NCBI RefSeq assembly: GCF_006345805.1
Contig: NC_043001.1
Span: forward strand, 21,638,001-21,702,000
Source of the DNA: Octopus sinensis
Lineage: Eukaryota
Reading direction: 5' to 3'
Length of the DNA: 64,000 bases
Made by a program: the position numbers and the translations under genes. This document shows, one piece after another, positions 10,251 to 22,504 of this stretch (position 1 is its first letter; each line of letters begins with the position of its first letter). The notes under the pieces are model-generated. The model made no database searches. It had not been told where the DNA came from and was given only the letters and a program-made list of their open reading frames with translations.

Positions 10251-11857
10251 CTATCTCTCCCTCTCTCTCACTTTAGTCGCAGCATAATATTCACTAACCG
10301 AAAAGTTCATGAAAGTCTATCTAATCCGACATTTCAAACTTAACACTAATCGCACAATCTCCATGAATATATGTTCTATGTTCTATTCTTCCGTCTTAAT
10401 ATTGCCAGCATAAGCGATAATTAAGTCTTTACTCTCGAGACTAGCAAATAACAAAAGTTTTAACTGTATCATATTTCTATGATGCTCACACAAAATCATT
10501 TCTCTTTTTTCACAGCAGCGTGACCATTAGATGAACATGACTTTTTTGTTTTCCCAGATTTCGTCGCATCGACCGTTTTATTTTATTCACGATCCATTTA
10601 ACATTGTAGCGTGTTGAGAATTACAAATTATTTTCTAATCGTTATTATTTTACTGTTTTATAAATTCCAACCATTGATATTTAGTGTGTAAACGATATCC
10701 TATTGATTTAAATACATCTTTGAACTTTAATTCATATTCATAACGGGGGATATTAATATCAACAAGGTTCCATAAAGAATAAAAATCGGTAAACAGAAGT
10801 AAACAATTACACCCGAAATAACAATTGCCTAATTCTAAACTAGGAAAACGTTCGGTCTTTAATTTTATTACTGATTATAATAATAATTAAAAAAAAAAGA
10901 CCACAAAAATATGTATAAAGTATAACATAACTGGTTGGCTTTGAAATCTTTTATCGTGTAAAAATATCCATTAAGTAAATCTGTTGTTTATTAGGCGATG
11001 TGTCTATTTATAGCATAAAATTCAAAAACTTTATTATAAGTTTGATTTTTAGAAGCGTCATGCTCTTACTACACGTGAACTAAATCACTAAACTTAATGA
11101 AAAGGCATTGAGCTTTTCTTTTTTTTTTTTTTTCTTCTGGTTGTTTATTTTTGGTGGAGCGAGTTTTGTTTCCTCTTGTTTTCATCATAATACTTTCTCT
11201 TGTTAATACTTAACGCTGTTACTTTCTATTTAGTTGGTATATTATGTTAATACAATTTGACTTTCATACTCCTGGTGTAACATTAACTTTATAATGAAAC
11301 GAAATACTCTTGACAAAAAACCTAAACATTGTTTCTTTTTCTCTTATTCCAAACGTTTTAGAATTTGCGCCAAACTGTATTTACGTGGATTAAGCTGTTT
11401 ATTTTGTAAAGATAAATATACTTTCAACTCATGGTTCGAATTAGTCACAAATAAAATGAATATATCCACTTAGTATGCTAACAAGATTAATTTCCTGTAT
11501 TTAATTTTATCATCGTTTTTGGCGTTAACAATGTCTGTTTGTAATTTGCTTTATTGTAATATAAAGTATATTCGAAAAGATGGTATTAAATATCTATAAG
11601 GAAGAGGGATATTAAACCTATTTAACATGTACAAATATAACTTCTTTTAGTTTTTTACTGCATTGCTTCTAACTAGCCTTATAGAAATTATATTTATACG
11701 TCGGCTATAGTGTGGGCGCCGTGTTGTTCTGGCATAAACAACTCAATGAACGAATATATCTAATAGTAAATAGTAAAATAATACCATAAGATAACATCTT
11801 ACAATTGTAGGCAATAGGAAAACTGTAAAACTGAGAATTTAGTGAGACATATATCTC

Positions 11858-12256
11858 TTTTTTTTACTTGTTTCAGTCATTTTGACTGCGGCCATGTTGG
11901 TGCACCACCTTTAGTCGAGCAACTCGACACCGGGACTTATTCTTTGTAAGCCCAGTACTTATTCTATCGGTCTCTTTTGCCGAACCGCTAAGTGACGGGG
12001 ACATAAACACACCAGCATCGGTTGTCAAGCAATGCTAGGGGGACAAACACAGACACACAAACATACACGCACATACATATATATACATATATACGACTGG
12101 CTTCTTTCAGTTTCCGTCTACCAAATCCACTCACAAGGCTTTGGTCGGCCCGAGGCTATAGTAGAAGACACTTGCCCAAGGTGCCACGCAGTGGGACTGA
12201 ACCCGTAACCATGTGGTTGGTAAGCAAGCTACTTACCACACAGCCACTCCTGCGCC
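11858..12256 (-). mobile_element. SINE family B (tRNA head, CORE-like domain, internal microsatellite, CR1/L2-type tail)
   Basis: Full-length match to other copies; accttgggcaagtgtctt CORE-like motif. Confidence 0.85.
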
Positions 12257-12426
12257 CAAATTATATATATATATATATATATAATTTGGGAAAACAATTT
12301 TCCAAATCAATCAGGTGTAACCCTACAGTATCATATGCATCTACATATCGTACCTTGGAGTCTTATTTATCGCATATTTATACATTTATCTATAAATATA
12401 TAAAATATCTGATAAAAGTCAATATC

Positions 12427-12785
12427 CAGTTTTGGGGGATTAATCGATATGCGGGTATTCCGTTTCAGATAATACAAAAATAACTTAATAAGTATATCTT
12501 ACAGTAAACTCATGGTATCACTTTGCACATCACGAAATAATACTTAAAGGATATAACCAAAAGTTCCAGCTGGGTATATAATGTATTTCATTAACTAAAG
12601 TATAATATAATTAATGAAGTACATTATATACCTAGCTGGAAATTGTGGTTATATCCTTTAAGTAATATTTCGTGATGTGCAAACTGATACCGTGGGTTTA
12701 CTGTAAGATATACGCATTAGGTTATTTTTTTATTATCTGAAATAGAATACCCGCATATCGATTAATATTACTCCCCAAAAATTGA
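12427..12785. repeat. Long imperfect palindrome (~170-bp arms, ~16-bp spacer)
   Basis: attaatcgatatgcgggtatt...atttcattaa (12439-12594) is mirrored at 12611-12766. Confidence 0.85.
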
Positions 12786-12916
12786 GTATATATATATATA
12801 TTTCGGGGTCGATAAATAAAGTACCAGTCACGCACTGAGGTCGATGTAATCGACTTAATCCCTTTGTCTGTCTTTGTTTGTCCCCTCTATGTTTAGCTCC
12901 TTGTGGGCAATAAAGA

Positions 12917-12954
<38 letters not shown>

Positions 12955-12969
12955 ATTATACATATACAC

Positions 12970-13365
12970 GCGCAGGAGTGGCTGTGTGGTAAGTAGCTTG
13001 CTTACCAGCCACATGGTTCCGGGTTCAGTCCCACTGCGAGGCACATTGGGCAAGTGTCTTCTACTATAACCTCGGGCCGATCAAAGCCTTGTGAGTGGAT
13101 TTGGTAGACGGAAACTGAAAGAAGCCCATTGTATATATATATATGTATATATATGTTTGTGTGTCTCTGTTTGTCCCTCACAAGCATCGCTTGACAGTCG
13201 ATGCTGGTGTGTATGCGTCCCCGTAACTTAGCGGGTCGGCAAAAGAGAATGATAGAATAAGTATTAGGCTTACAAAGAATAAGTGCTGGGATCGATTTGC
13301 TTGACTAAAGGCGGTGCTGCAGCATGGCCGCAGTCAAATGACTGAAACAAGTAAAAGAATAAACG
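12970..13365 (+). mobile_element. SINE family B
   Basis: Full-length copy, inverted relative to 11858-12256. Confidence 0.85.
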
Positions 13366-13442
13366 AATATATATCTATATGTAAGTCTATGTACCTATGT
13401 ATATGTATATATTTATATATCTACACACACATTTATATGTAT

Positions 13443-13489
<47 letters not shown>

Positions 13490-13574
13490 ATATTATATAT
13501 ATATATATATATAAACATCCATACAAGTATACGTACACAAATACACCTACATATAGGCATATTCTCATACTTTT

Positions 13575-13850
13575 TTTTAATTATTACAATCTTTCAGTAT
13601 GGAAGGAGATGATTTCTAACAAAAATACAGTTTTATCGTTCGGATGTAGATAACAAAAAGCAAATTCACATTTTGAACTTGAGAAAAATCTTGCATATTT
13701 TTACCGTTCCACCTACACACTGTATTTGTTATATGTGTTAGCTTGTTGATTTTTCTTTTCGTTTCTTTTCTAGAAAACCCTAGCATTTCTTGATTGCTAC
13801 TTTGGTATTCACTCACAAAACCAAGTGCACCAATTATTATTGGCATAAAT
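13575..13850 (-). mobile_element. 3' end of an RLE-type (R2/R4/NeSL group) non-LTR element, degenerate
   Basis: PIIIGALGFV...QSVGGTVKICKIFLKF* resembles the C-terminus following the restriction-like endonuclease; A-rich end. Confidence 0.55.
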
Positions 13851-14333
13851 AGTTAAATGCAGTCGATTACGGGAGAAAAAATGGCTATCACTGGTTGTAT
13901 TGCCTGAGACAGATCAACGCTGCTGTCCCGACCACTCGACTTAATCCCTTTGTTTGTCCCCTCTACGTTTAGCCCCTTTTGGGCAATAAAGAAATACGAA
14001 AAGTAACAAGCTTTAAAAAAAAAAGAAGTACCGGAATCGGTTTGTTCCGACTAAACTCTTGAAGGCGGTGCCCCAGCATGGCCGAAGTCCAATGGCAGAA
14101 ACAAGCAAAAGATAAAAATAAAAAATAAATAAAACCCCTATGAAGTCACAAGCTCTTCATGCTGGATCAATACTATTCTGGCAAGAGTTACATCAACAAG
14201 AACAACAACGCAACAGTCACAATTTTCCAGTTTAGAATTATTTACTCACCAATATGCTTAAAAAGGGATCATTTCTATGCTTTCCCACCTTATATCTTAT
14301 TTAGCTTGAAAAGCCAAAAACGGCTTAGTTTTG

Positions 14334-14718
14334 GACGTTATCAAAGAAGCTTGAGAGGCGGTTGGATGGAACCTACACTCGCCTCCTTATGAGAGCTCAA
14401 AATCTCTCGTGGAAGCGCCATCCAACCAAAATGCAAATATATGGGAAACTACCACCTGTGTCATCTCTTGTGAAAGGTAAGAGAGTCCAGTTTGCTGGAC
14501 ATTGTTGTAGAGCTGAAAAAGAGACAATTTCTACTCTTCTCCTCTGGAAGACATCTACTCGCAATACCAGAGGGCGCACACTCTCCTACCCTGATGTAAT
14601 CTCCAGGGATACAGGCATCCAGCAACAGGACCTCCGTAATGCCATGATGGACCGTGAAGTCTGGCGTAGCATGGTAAATTCCATTGTCTCGACCACGGTC
14701 GAACAATGATGATGATGA
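14334..14718 (+). mobile_element. 5'-truncated RTE-group LINE 3' end
   Basis: TLSKKLERRLDGTYTRLLMRAQN...VQFAGHC...MDREVWR; (TGA)n tail; TSD tagttttg at 14326-14333 and 14719-14726. Confidence 0.85.
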
Positions 14719-15708
14719 TAGTTTTGTTTGAATATTTTGTTCCAGTCTCAATTTTAGTTGTCGAGATTTCTGACTCAACCCAAAATTCTGACAAAGTCAA
14801 ATTCCTTTCATCAAGTAACTCCACCACAACAGAATCCCCCTAGGGAATATATTGTAATAGTATTTTCCAACCATTCAAATGATGTGGGATATAAATAAAT
14901 AATAATTGACTATAAACTAACTCCCAGCTGTCTTTAGATAATGCAGTATGGTTGTCCACTAACAAAATTAATCTTTAAAAAAAAAAAACAACTATATACG
15001 CAGAATAAAACAACCGACTATTTAAACTTTTTAGAGTTTTTTTTCCATTGTATTATTTACCAGAAATTTGTTTTATTTTATTTTATTAGTTTATCCTTTA
15101 ATTATAGTCAATTTTCTGCTGTTTGCAGAAGTGATCATTCTCTCTTAGCTAAGATTCTGTTTTCGAAATTATTTTAAAATGTTGTATAGTGGCTTGATAC
15201 AATTGCTTCTAATTAGGGTAAGCCTGCTACTTAGAAAGCACTTGCATTGCTGTAAATAGCACTGAAAATATCTGTACCTGTATACACAATAGATATAACT
15301 GTGTGTTTTAACACAGAGACACACCGTTACACGCATACAATACTTGTAGCATCCAATGAGCGGACCCATTAAAATCAGAAAACTCTAAATGAACTATTTG
15401 TTCTAAAAAGGATGTTGTACAGTTCTTGGGGAGGGATAAACACACACATGTGTGTGCATGTATGTGTGTGTTGGTATATATATGGATGTGTGATGTCAAT
15501 CTGTACTTATACGATGAATATATATTAACAGATATACATATGTATGTGTGTACGTTATATGTGTTCGTGTATGTGTTCGTGAATATTTTGAATATATGTG
15601 TATATGTATGTGTGTTTGTACAGAACATAGAAGTATATATACAGAGAGAGAGAGAGATAAGAGCTTAGATAAATGCACACATCTTTCAGTGTGTATATAT
15701 TATATATA

Positions 15709-15771
<63 letters not shown>

Positions 15772-15818
15772 AAGTGTCTTGTGTGTGTGTGTGTGTGCAT
15801 GCGAGTGTGTGTCTGTGT

Positions 15819-15849
<31 letters not shown>

Positions 15850-16375
15850 TTGATGTGCTTTCAAAAAGCGCGGGAGGATATATATTTCCATACTCTTTTG
15901 AACTACTTACGATTTACTTAGCTCAGAATATAATTTTATGTCGAATACAGTTTACTTAAACTAAAAGATACCATTAAAATGCCTTTAAAATGGTCGATAA
16001 AAGGAAACATGGAACGAAGTATATGCTGAAGAAAATACTGTTTGCATATTAATAAGTATCTATGTGATCTCGTAATCATAAATGGTAATAGAGAAATTGA
16101 AGACCGAAAAAAGTATGAGATAAGAGAGGAAAAGAGAGATAAAGGCGAAGGGAGGAGAGAAGAATGAGATTAGAGATCAGAATACAGGAATTTGGATTTT
16201 TTGGATGGAGTTTCTTCAGTTCAAACGCATAAACCTGTCAGCAGCGATCGAAGGCGGTCCGGCCATGACCATCCAATCTTTTATCCCTACAATGTATCTG
16301 AGACTACATTATCCAATATACATTATTTACATTATTTACATTCGACGGATATTTGTCCTCATCTTGTTTGTTGTT

Positions 16376-16421
16376 AACACAACGTTTCGGCTGATATACC
16401 TTCCAGCCTTCATCAGGTGTC
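16376..16421 (-). ncRNA. Minimal type I hammerhead ribozyme
   Basis: gacac-CTGATGA-a-ggctg(gaaggtatat)cagcc-GAAAC-GTT-gtgtt on the minus strand. Confidence 0.8.
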
Positions 16422-16736
16422 TTGGGGAAATTTCGAACCAGGGTTCTCATTCCTAAGGTATTTTTCGATGTTGTTATTATAATTATTATTGTTATTGTTC
16501 AGGTCACTGCTAGGAATCGAACTTGGAGTCTTGTGGTTAGTAGCCCGCGCTCTTAACCACTACGCCATGTGCCCGTGGGACGTGGCGTAGTGGTTAAGAA
16601 CGCGGGCTACTAACCTCAAGATTCCGAGTTCGATTCCAAGTAGTGACCTGAACAAAAATATTAATAATAATAATAATAATAATAATAACATCGAAAATTC
16701 CTTAGGAATGAGAACCCAGGTTCGAAATTTCCCCAA

Positions 16737-16782
16737 GACACCTGAAGAAGGCTGGAAGGTATATCAGCCGAAACGTTGTGTT
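16737..16782 (+). ncRNA. Minimal type I hammerhead ribozyme
   Basis: gacac-CTGAAGA-a-ggctg(gaaggtatat)cagcc-GAAAC-GTT-gtgtt; stem I gacac/gtgtt; palindromic aacgtt in place of stem III. Confidence 0.8.
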
Positions 16783-17391
16783 AACAACAAACAAGATGAG
16801 GACAAATATCCGTCGAATGTAAATAATGTAAATAACGTAAATAATGTACATAATTCCTCATCTCTTAAATATAGAACTGTATTATCCAATATGTTCTACA
16901 ATTTTTGAAAGAATATAAGGTTCGATTCGGGGGATATTTTGATGCCATTGGTGGGATTCAGCTGTTACAAATACCGATAATCATAAGAAACAACATTTGT
17001 TTTGTTTTTTTCTTTTTTTTTTTACTTAAGTATAAATTAAGAGCTGAATTGATCGATTTTCTATAATTCTCATACGAAATTAATGAATTTCTTTAGCAGC
17101 TGGGTGCATACGTGTGTGTATTCATTAAGATATAGAAAACATTTTAATTAAAATTAATATTCAAATTTATAGTCCTTGAGTCAAGAATAATATTAAAAGT
17201 AGGATATTTCCTTAAATAATTATCCATACCTTTATGTGTGCCAACGCCTACCTTTTCTTTCTCAGACTATAAACGGGAAAAGGCTTGTTACTGTCTCGTT
17301 TGTCTTTTCTGTTGAGGTCCTCAGGCCGAGGTAACTTCTCTATTCAGTATAAAACAAAGAAGTGTACATCTTAATATTTGATATGCTAAAA

Positions 17392-18417
17392 GGCGGTGAG
17401 CTGGCAGAAACGTTAGCACGCCGGGCGAAATGCGTAACCGCATTTCGTCTGCCGTTACGTTTTGAGTTCAAATTCCGCCGAGGTCGACATTGCCTTTCAT
17501 CCTTTCGGGGTCGATGAATTAAGAACCAGTTACGCACTGAGGTAGATATAATCGACTTAATCCGTTTGTCTGTCCTTGTTTGTCCTCTCGTTTGTCCTCC
17601 CTTTTGTGGGTAGTAAAGAAATAGCTATTTCGTCTGTCTTTACTTTATGAGTTCAAATTCCGCCGAGGTCGACTTTGCCTTTCATCCTTTCGGGGTCGAT
17701 GAATTAAGAACCAGTTACACACTGGGGTAGATATAATCGCCTTAATCCCTGTGTCTGTCCTTGTTTGTCCTCTCTGTGTTTAGCCCCTTGTAGGTAGTAA
17801 AGAAAAGGTATTTCGTCTGTCTTTACGTTCTGAGTTCAAATTCCGCCGAGGTCGACTTTATCTTTCATCCTTTCGGGGTCGATGAATTAAGAACCAGTTA
17901 CGCACTGGGGTAGATATAATCGACTTAATCCGTTTGACTGTCCTTCTTTGTCCTCTGTGTGTTTAGCCCCTTGTGGGTAGTAAAAAAAAGGTATTTAGTC
18001 TGCCGCTACGTTCTGAGTTCAAATTCCGCCGAGGTCGACTTTGCCTTTCATCCTTTCGGGGTCGATGAATTAAGAACCAGTTACGCACTGGGGTCGATGT
18101 AATCGACTTAATCCCTTTGTCTGGCCTTGTTTGTCCTCTCTGTGTTTAGCCCCTTGTGGGTAGTAAAAAAAAGGTATTTAGTCTGCCGTTACGTTCTGAG
18201 TTCAAATTCCGCCGAGGTCGACATTGCCTTTCATCCTTTCGGGGTCGATGAATTAAGAACCAGTTACGCACTGGGGTAGATATAATCGACTTAATCCGTT
18301 TGTCTGTCCTTGTTTGTCCTCTCTGTGTTTAGCCCCCTGTGGGTAGTAAAGAAATAGGTATTTTGTCTGCCGCTACGTTCTGAGTTCAAATTCCACCGAG
18401 GTCGACTTTGCCTTTCA
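17392..18417 (+). repeat. SINE family A tandem array: one head, five bodies and a partial sixth (183-184-bp period)
   Basis: Tail-to-body junctions at ~17624, 17807, 17990, 18173 and 18357. Confidence 0.9.
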
Positions 18418-18784
18418 ATAAGGAAACTACAAATTGTATTCCAACACTGAACAAGTATAAATTACAGGGTTAAAGAGTAACAGTCTTGTAAAAGAAACTA
18501 ACCCCACGAGAAACTAATTAAATACCGGATTATATCGACATTGGTTTTTAGGGTGGTGGGGGATTAAGATAGGGACTTCTAGGACAAATTTTGCAAAGTA
18601 GAACTACACTACTTTTGGGTCTTGGTTAGAGATTATGCCTCTAAAAGTTCAAGAAGTCTGTGAGATTTGGGATTTTTTTCCCTGTCAGGAAGCATCCCAT
18701 CAGATATTCTCTGAACCTTCCTTGGCTACTCGAGCCCTCGACCGACATACCAACTGGACCCCTCCTTCTTATGATACACAACTG

Positions 18785-19418
18785 GGATATTTTCCTTTTG
18801 AACGGCAGATGTCAACACAATTTTTAGTTAACTAAACACTTTTAAACTTCGTATACTGATAGAATGTGTTAAACATCATTTTCTCTTGGTTTTATTAAGA
18901 AAATTCTATAGTTTGTAAGATATTTCGTCTGAAAATCTGAGCATTTCGGCAATTTTAACCAATCGATTACCTCCATTCAACTAAAATCATTTGCTGCGTC
19001 TAAAACTGAGACATCATCCTGTAAATAAACCTAAACCTCCCCCTAACCCTATTTTTTTTCTTAATTCTTAAATTAATTTAATTCCATTGCTTTAGTTTTT
19101 TTTACACGCGTAACAATTAAATTAATTTAACAATTAAGAAAAAAAGATTTAGGGTTCGGGTTAGGGTTAGGGGGGAGGTTCAGGGTTAGTTACAGGATGT
19201 TGTCTCAGTTTTAGCCGCATCAAATAATTTTAGCTCAAAAGAGAGCATAGGATTGGTTAAAATTCGAAAAATTAAACTACGTTAAACAAACAAATTACAA
19301 TTTTCTCAAGAAAGCCAAGAGAAAAAAAATGTTTTATTTTGACACATTCTACCAGTATACGAAGTTTTAAAGTGTTTAGTTAACTAGAAATTGTCTACCG
19401 TTCAAAAGGAAAAGATCC
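18785..19418. mobile_element. Fold-back (near fully palindromic) relative of the GGATC MITE
   Basis: Ends ggatatttttccttttgaacgg / ccgttcaaaaggaaaagatcc; TSD cacaactg at 18777-18784 and 19419-19426; arms ~300 bp with ccctaa/ttaggg units. Confidence 0.85.
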
Positions 19419-19520
19419 CACAACTGAAAACAAAAGACGACTGTACGAAACCCTTTTTAACATGACAGCATTCTTAACAGAGATGTTTGTGACTGGACAG
19501 CTTTCTCAAAATAAATTTAA

Positions 19521-19828
19521 CCCCTAACCCAATAATTATTTTGAAAATAAATGTATTTTTTCAGACATATTTTTTAATTGTTTTATTTTACTATGTTTTG
19601 AATGGTGATTTCGAGGTATATTTCAAACCTTATTTATTATGAATTTTAATTCAATAATATTGATTTTAAATTACGGTATTGGGCAGAAACGAGTTAACCC
19701 GTTTTTAGACGAAGGAACTCGTTTGCTGTCGATTTTGGCGAGTCTATCTTTTGACGAGTTAACTCGCCAGAGATGGAAAAAAACGATTTCGGTCAAAACG
19801 CATATATTCGTTTCTGCCGGGTAAGGGG
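19521..19828. mobile_element. piggyBac-like non-autonomous element
   Basis: TTAA|cccctaaccc ... gggtaagggg|TTAA; the inverted termini are short. Confidence 0.5.
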
Positions 19829-20379
19829 TTAATCCTAGCATTGAATTCATCGCTCTCCAGGTTTAATAGAACAGAAGACACGAGCGATTCAGTTTACTAT
19901 ATTGCGTTGCTTGTACTAATTTCATCCGTTCCTGAAGAATAAAAGGTGAGAGTTGAACCCAGTCAAAACAGTGTCCTCTGGGCCAATTTTAGGTGCTCGT
20001 GGTCTGGGTGGTGTACCAAAGAAATGGAACCCCATATACTGCCATATGCTTCCCCACAAAGGACTCGTGGACCCATGCCCTCCTACGTTCCAGTTCTTCA
20101 ACATGCATGGCAGTAAATGTTCTACTTACTATCTAAAGCTCTCTGACACCTTTAATACTTGAATATATCATTACCGCTATTAATATGAAGTAAAAAGATA
20201 ATTGGTTATATTAAAGCAATGAAAATATTTTATATCTTAAATAAAAATAAAACGGGTGTTTTTAACACTTCTCTTCTATGAAAGAGATTTTGGCTTTTGT
20301 TAACAAAAAACAATGACTTGGTGAAGTTCTTGTATTTTGATATTGTATATATCAAATTGCCTTGTTTTACAGGAGTTTC

Positions 20380-20795
20380 GGATCTTTTCGGTTTGAACGG
20401 CAGTTTTTTAAAATAATTTCCACGTAACTAAACACTTTTAAACTTCGTATACTGGTAGAATGTGTTTATAAAACATCTTTTTCTCTTGGCTTTATTGAGG
20501 AAATTCTATAGTTTGTAAGATATTTGTTGTTTTTTTCTTCAATTTCTGCAATTTCAACCAATCAATGACGTCTATTGAGGTGAAAACATTATGTGCCGCA
20601 TGAATATGTCCCTCGTTTAAGAAACAGATTGGGTTTATTTACATTTGTGAAGAAAAAAAAAGATACCCTTCCCCCACCCCTAACCCTAACCCTAAAACAG
20701 ATTGAAATGCAATAGATCGATACTAGGGTCATAATTATGGGTGACAATTTCATTTGACACCGCTAGAAAAACTGCCGTTCAAACCGAAAAGATCC
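20380..20795. mobile_element. GGATC-TIR MITE
   Basis: Same TIR as 9665; TSD ggagtttc at 20372-20379 and 20796-20803. Confidence 0.9.
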
Positions 20796-20816
20796 GGAGT
20801 TTCTTTTTGTATAAGG

Positions 20817-20855
<39 letters not shown>

Positions 20856-21409
20856 TTTCGTATAGGGTATTTCTGTAGAAGACAATACCTTGAGTAATCC
20901 ATACCTGATGGATATTTTCTCTCAAACATTTCATTGTCAACCTTTATTTATCTCTATCCTGCTTGAAACTTTGCATACTCTAAGTTAATTCTTAATGTTT
21001 TACTGTACGATCTCGAGTCAAACTACAGAGGATTCAGCCATCTAGATGTCGTTTTATCAATAAGAGTTGCGATGTTGTATGAACGTTTTGTCTTCATGCG
21101 TAGATTCAAGAAATTCTTTTTGTAATTACCAATTATTCAAAACTTATTCAAATTCAATCTTAGCAAACATTCAAAATATCGTTAAGTTTCTATTTGTGGA
21201 ACACTATCGAATATATTTAGATGTGTAAAAATAATATATACATCAAATATACATGATCGGCCAAAGGTTGCTCACAAAATAAGGTCTATACGCTCCGTAA
21301 TTGTCAGACGTGCTTCAAGTTTTCTAAAATTGATTAAAATAAATAAAATTAAGATGAACACACACGTACTTGTGCATGATGAACAAAATTAATAATAATA
21401 ATAATAATA

Positions 21410-21913
21410 ATTGGAAGTGTTATCATGTACATTGTTTTGTCTTGGTATAGAAGATGGGCTACAGCAAATATTCTGCTCAATACCACAGATTTGCTTGTCA
21501 GTTGTTTGACCTTAACCAGTTGAGCATGTCCCTTAGTGGCTGACGATATGTGCATCTCTGATCACGAGCAGAAGTAGTGGGGGAGCATCATAGCCATGTG
21601 TTGAGAAGGATTCTTTGGGGTTTGAATAATTCACCTCTGGAAACATGGGTGTTTCGTTCAACGTCCTTAAACAACCCTTATTCAGGGACCTTTTGAGCGG
21701 GATGGGTTACTCGATCTGAAGAAAATTCTAACTGGGCTCCACCTGCAAGGTCATGTGCTGTTTATCTTGATATGAGATCACCATGTCGCGCACATATGGT
21801 TGTGATGCATGTGCCTGGTGTACCTTTATCAGACGGGTAGTCATGATGGGTATACTGGGCTTCGTATATTTTACCCCAGTGTCACTTTGATGGCATGCTC
21901 TGCTCGCTCACTC
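21410..21913. repeat. Dispersed non-coding repeat (family E) between (AAT)n tracts
   Basis: Homologous to 5330-5552; (AAT)n on both sides. Confidence 0.75.
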
Positions 21914-22017
21914 AATAATAATAATAATAATAACGTAATTTAAATAAAATGTCGAATATTTTGGTGTGTGACTTTTGACCCACCCTGTATTTCATTTGAA
22001 TTTTGTTAGAAAATTTC

Positions 22018-22357
22018 ATTATTGCTTCCGCCTTTGCTAAGGCGGAGGTATTGTTTTCAGTTGTGTTTGATTGTTTGTTTGTCCGTGGACAAGATATCTC
22101 AAGAACAGCTGGATGGATTCGGATGAAACTTTCATGGATATTTTTCCTTGTGACTGGCACGAACTGATTAGATTTTGGGATTGGTCGGGTACGGGACAAG
22201 GATTCTGGGTTATTTTTCCGGTTTTTACTTAATTATTGAGAGCAATCGGGTTCATTTTTAGTATTCTCGTTTATGAGAACAGTCGAGTTTATTTCAGATA
22301 TTCTCATTTTAAAAATCATCTCCGGCTAAATCGTTGAGAGGACGCCGGCGCTGCCTC
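22018..22357 (+). mobile_element. Helentron/HINE (DINE-1/pearl)-like non-autonomous element, 3' end interrupted
   Basis: Starts ttattgcttccgcc-tttgcta-aggcggagg hairpin, then (gttt)n and ggatggattcggatgaaacttt; this layout is typical of HINEs (recalled knowledge). Confidence 0.5.
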
Positions 22358-22504
22358 AGGTTGTTAGTAAATTATTCTACCGGTATTTTTCATAGTGTTA
22401 AGATGTGTAATTTTTGTGCTGAAGTTTTGTGTTGTAATTTTGTGCTTGTGTTCGTTTGAACACTGTTGTGAACTGTTTTTGCTACTTTCTGGAGGCTTGT
22501 TTAA

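Larger units (their letters stand above)
16320..16880. mobile_element. Head-to-head inverted pair of tRNA-head + hammerhead elements inserted as one unit
   Basis: Arms 16320-16574 (-) and 16577-16880 (+); 12-bp TSD attatccaatat at 16308-16319 and 16881-16892; A-box tggcgtagtgg and B-box gttcgattcc. Confidence 0.85.

Noticed and set aside
16577-16650. Functional tRNA gene (also the SINE heads at 27945, 40939, etc.)
   Set aside because: A and B boxes are present, but no convincing acceptor stem or terminator; each continues into a repeat body.
19861-20160. Possible host exon(s) in a GC-richer unique-looking stretch
   Set aside because: The ag/gt-bounded 19861-19945 segment has stops in all three frames, and the nearby short ORFs show no recognisable motif.
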